Origin: the human T2T-CHM13v2.0 reference genome, Homo sapiens | Direction: 5' to 3' (one strand) | DNA length: 64,000 nucleotides | Assembly (NCBI RefSeq): GCF_009914755.1 | Contig: NC_060947.1 | Shown here: piece by piece, positions 60,010 to 64,000 of the stretch | How positions within the stretch are numbered: the first letter of the stretch is position 1 | Layout of the letters: every line of letters starts with the position of its first letter | Translations under genes and position numbers: made by a program | The notes under the pieces: model-generated | What the model was told of the DNA's origin: nothing | Seen by the model: only the letters and a program-made list of their open reading frames with translations | The model's database searches: none

Positions 60010-60560
60010 CCTTCACTCAACTAATATTTAGTGAACACCTATTAAGTGCCAGGCACTGTGTTGAGAATACAAAAATGAGGTATAACACTAACAGTTTCTG
60101 CCCTCATGGAGCTACTGGAGAGATGGTCATTAACCAAACCACCACAAAGTAAATGTATAATTATGATATGGGATATCAGTAGGAATTACACTGTACTTTA
60201 AGGATGAAAATGGGCATGGGGTATGACCTAGCCTTGAGGGGCAGGGGCTGATCAAAGAAGGCTTCTGGTGGGGGAGCAACATTCGAGTTGGAATAAGGGT
60301 ACATGGGTGTTATCCAGGTGACAGGGTGGGAGTGCGGGAGCAAGGTGACAAGATGGAGGGAACCGCATATACAAAGACATTTCCTATGGGTTTGCCATTT
60401 TATGAACATTATCTCTTTCAGTGCCCACAGCTATCTTATGAAATAATTAGTGTTGTTATCCCATTTTCAGATGTCAGAACCTGAGGTTTAGAGACCTTAT
60501 TTAATTTGCCCAAGTTCACAGCTAGGAAGTGGCAGGGCTGGAGTTCAAACACTGGTCAAG
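60010..60560 (-). mobile_element. L2 3' end followed by a MIR
   Basis: tcactcaactaatatttagtgaacacctattaagtgccaggcactgtg; cccattttcagatg...ttgcccaagttcacagctaggaagtggcag. Confidence 0.7.
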
Positions 60561-61719
60561 GTTCCTCAGTCTCTGGCTCAGGAACCAGATAGATGGTGGT
60601 GTCACCTGTTGAGCTAGGAAGCCCTAGATGAAATACTGGCACTGGGGAAAGATCACAGGTTCAGTGTTTGATGTCAGGAACTGAGGTTTTGAGATAGTCC
60701 AGAGAAGCTGTTGAAGAACTGGTAGATTACATGGGTCTGGAGCTTGGGAGAGAGCTTAGGCTGGACATAGGTATTTGGCAGCAATTGGCTATCAGAAGGT
60801 CTCATGGTATAGTGCAGAAAAAACCAGACAGGTGCTCGCCCAAGTCCAGCAAAACTCTGTGTGACCTTGGGCAAGTTCCTTCTCTTTTCTGTAATACAAA
60901 TGACTTCGAATGGATTTAACAGCCCATTGTAACAATCAGCAACAGTCCGATTCTCTTAATGTGTCTGTGGTTTTCATGGCTGGTGTGTTTTTCTTTCCTC
61001 TGTTCTTAGGTTTCCTTCTTATGCCTGTTAACTTGGTTTGGCTGGACTCCGTGTTCCAGAAAGCAAAATGCCAACCTGGATTAGTCATGTAGATGAGGGG
61101 ATTTGAAGTGAAGGTTCTTGGTGATAAGGGATTAATGTTTACTGGGCATGGTGCTAGGCCTAGGCTGGGGTGACTAATCCCCCTCATGTTGTCACGTTGA
61201 TGTGCCGATGGCAACCTTCTTTCTCTTCTAACTAGTTCTCTGGCCTTGTATTCAAGTTCTTCCTGCCTGATTACAAGGGGGCATGTCCTCTGGGTCCTGG
61301 GGGAAGCCTTTAGGGACTCCCAGCCAGTGCTGTTGCAACCCATGGTGTTGGCATTTTAGAGGTGCTTATGCCAATCCAGTGCCTAAACATTGGAATGATT
61401 TGTCTTTTTGCTTACTATTTTAGGAATTTCACTTTTGTTCGGGTGTTGGATTTTTTTCCCTTTGAAATTTCAGACACTAAGCATATCCTATGTTGGTAGA
61501 TGATTGATAGTGCTTTGTAAAGAAATTATAAGACTTATTTTCTGCTTCATCTGTTATCATATGTTTAGATGTTGTTTTGTGGTTTGTTTTTCACAAATTA
61601 CCCTCAACATCTAGATGATGTAGTCATTTGTAATTTTGCTGGCAAAAGATTTAGAATTGCACGCTTTATTCCTACTGTTCTCAGCTGCCTCTGTTTTTGC
61701 CAGGGTCATGAGAAACTTT

Positions 61720-62450
61720 ATGTTAAGCCGTTGTCTTTATTGTCTCCTTGGCAGCTGTGGACACTGACCATCTTCTCGAAATGCTCTCATCATTTGGTGT
61801 CCATTATGCCTGCTCTCCTGGTTTTCCTCATGCTTCTATGGCTGCCCCTGCCTCATTTGTTTCAATCCTCCTTCCTCTGCCCTCCCCTTGTTATGCTGGA
61901 GACTGCTGGGCCTACTTCTCACTCTACTTACTCTTTAGATGTGTGGATGCTCATGACCACATAGCACCATCTGCCAGACATCTTCACTCTAATGTTCCAC
62001 TGTCACTTTCAGCTGACATGTCTTTCTCATAAAATCAGCTTTCACTCTTCCACTCCTAGCTCCACCCACCCATCAGCACAGGCCAGAATGCTGGTCATTG
62101 TCTTTGACTTCTCTTTCTCTCCTTATGCCTGTTCAGTCCCCAAGTCCTGACCATACCACTTTTCAAATAGCTTGTGTCTGTCCATGCCTCTGTACTTCTT
62201 CGTTCAGGCCATTATCCTTTTCACTGATTGTATTGTATTAGCCTCTCTCTTGTTTCTTCTTGCTTCCACCCTTGCCTTCTTCCAATTCATTATTCTCATT
62301 GCACACAAAAACAATCTTAAAAACACAAATCTAATCATCCTGCTGACTTGATTGAAGCCTGTCCCTCTCTGCCCATGGCTCTTAACATGTCATCCATGTT
62401 GCTGTCTGGCCCTCGCCTACCTCCTCGGCCACAGCAGCTCACTGCCGCTT
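61720..62450 (+). mobile_element. L2 fragment
   Basis: Pyrimidine-rich L2 body (ttcaggccattatc...tagcctc...ccaattcattattc...aaatctaatcat). Confidence 0.6.
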
Positions 62451-62810
62451 TCCCTCCACTCTCTGGCCATTTCCCGGATGGTCAGTGTTCTCTGCGTGGG
62501 AGCCTTACTCTTCACCCTCACTTTTGCCTTCTTTGTTTTCTCCTTTGTCTCAATTCATCTATGCTTTTTTCCCCATTAAGAACGTGAAACGTAAGTGTTT
62601 TCTGATATTTTCTTGTATATGCGATGTTTCCTTTTTTTTTCATTCTTAAAAAGAAAAAGATCTATTGCTTGTCAGCTCATTTATGTGTGCAACTCAGCCA
62701 GAGGGATGGGCGTCTGATCATTATTGGTTTCCCATCTCAGAGGCAACCAGGGTTGCCTGTTTCTTTTGTATCATTCTAGGAACATTTTACGCATGTACAT
62801 GCAAATATAG

Positions 62811-63352
<542 letters not shown>

Positions 63353-64000
63353 TGACAAACAGAATTTAGATACCTCTATTACTCTACCATTCCTCAGGGG
63401 GCTTAGCTATATTTTTGGTGTAAGTTTTCTAATGATCAGGTAGGGGAGGGGATGTTAGGCATTGTTAGCCAGCACCATATTCATCTCGAAGTGCATAACT
63501 TGAAAAATGTTTATTTAACTTAGTTATCTCCTTTCCTCCTCATCTCAGTTTCTTGCCGTACCTCCTCCCCTAGATATAACTGCAGGTACTTACGGCCAGA
63601 AGCAGGTGATCTCCACTCCTTGGGTCCTCTTGGAACCCAAGAGAAAAGGCAAGTATATGAAAGATGATTAAAGAAATGAATATTCCTGAGGCTCTGTCAG
63701 AGTGGTGTTGGCCTGAGTCAAAAGATAATTGATAGTCACCACAAATAAATTGTTCATTCTAAGAGCTTTGATGAAAACAGCAGGAAATAGCCTTTGGGGG
63801 AGGCTGATATTGCACCGAGAGATCTTCTTGTGGCATGAAAGATATTTTATGGGTAGACTGGACCAGGATGCAAGCAGGATAAGGAGAGCGGAGGAGTGAG
63901 AATGACTGATGGTTTGGGATGGGATTGAGTGAGGTGGGTTAGAGTTGAGTCATGAGAGAGTTGGTCATCTGAGTTTGGAAGAAGAGTGAAGCAGGTAAAC

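Overview
This is primate (almost certainly human) genomic DNA, AT-rich and rich in repeats, lying inside the REPS2/POB1 gene (RALBP1-associated Eps-domain protein 2) on the + strand. The identification is from recall of the protein sequence, not a database search. Positions 1-34820 are the 3' part of a very long intron. Four coding exons follow: 34821-34944, 50683-50831, 53620-53746 and 58089-58186. All have GT-AG sites and splice into one open frame (phases 0/1/0/1/0). Most of the rest is Alu, L1, L2, MIR, MaLR-LTR and DNA-transposon relics, and almost every ORF in the supplied track is a repeat-derived artefact. I see no prokaryote-style novel system. The strongest unexplained signals are: (1) an old intronic duplication that appears to predate two MaLR LTR insertions yet keeps a 104-bp core at about 94% identity, containing an RFX X-box; (2) two candidate cryptic exons next to (UG)n tracts, the layout of TDP-43-repressed exons; (3) an antisense Alu that has gained donor sites (candidate poison exon); (4) a triple-hairpin templated insertion in an old L1; (5) an AluYa5 and a 60-bp L1 insertion, both with perfect target-site duplications (TSDs). 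Repeat subfamily names and most repeat boundaries were judged by eye and are approximate.
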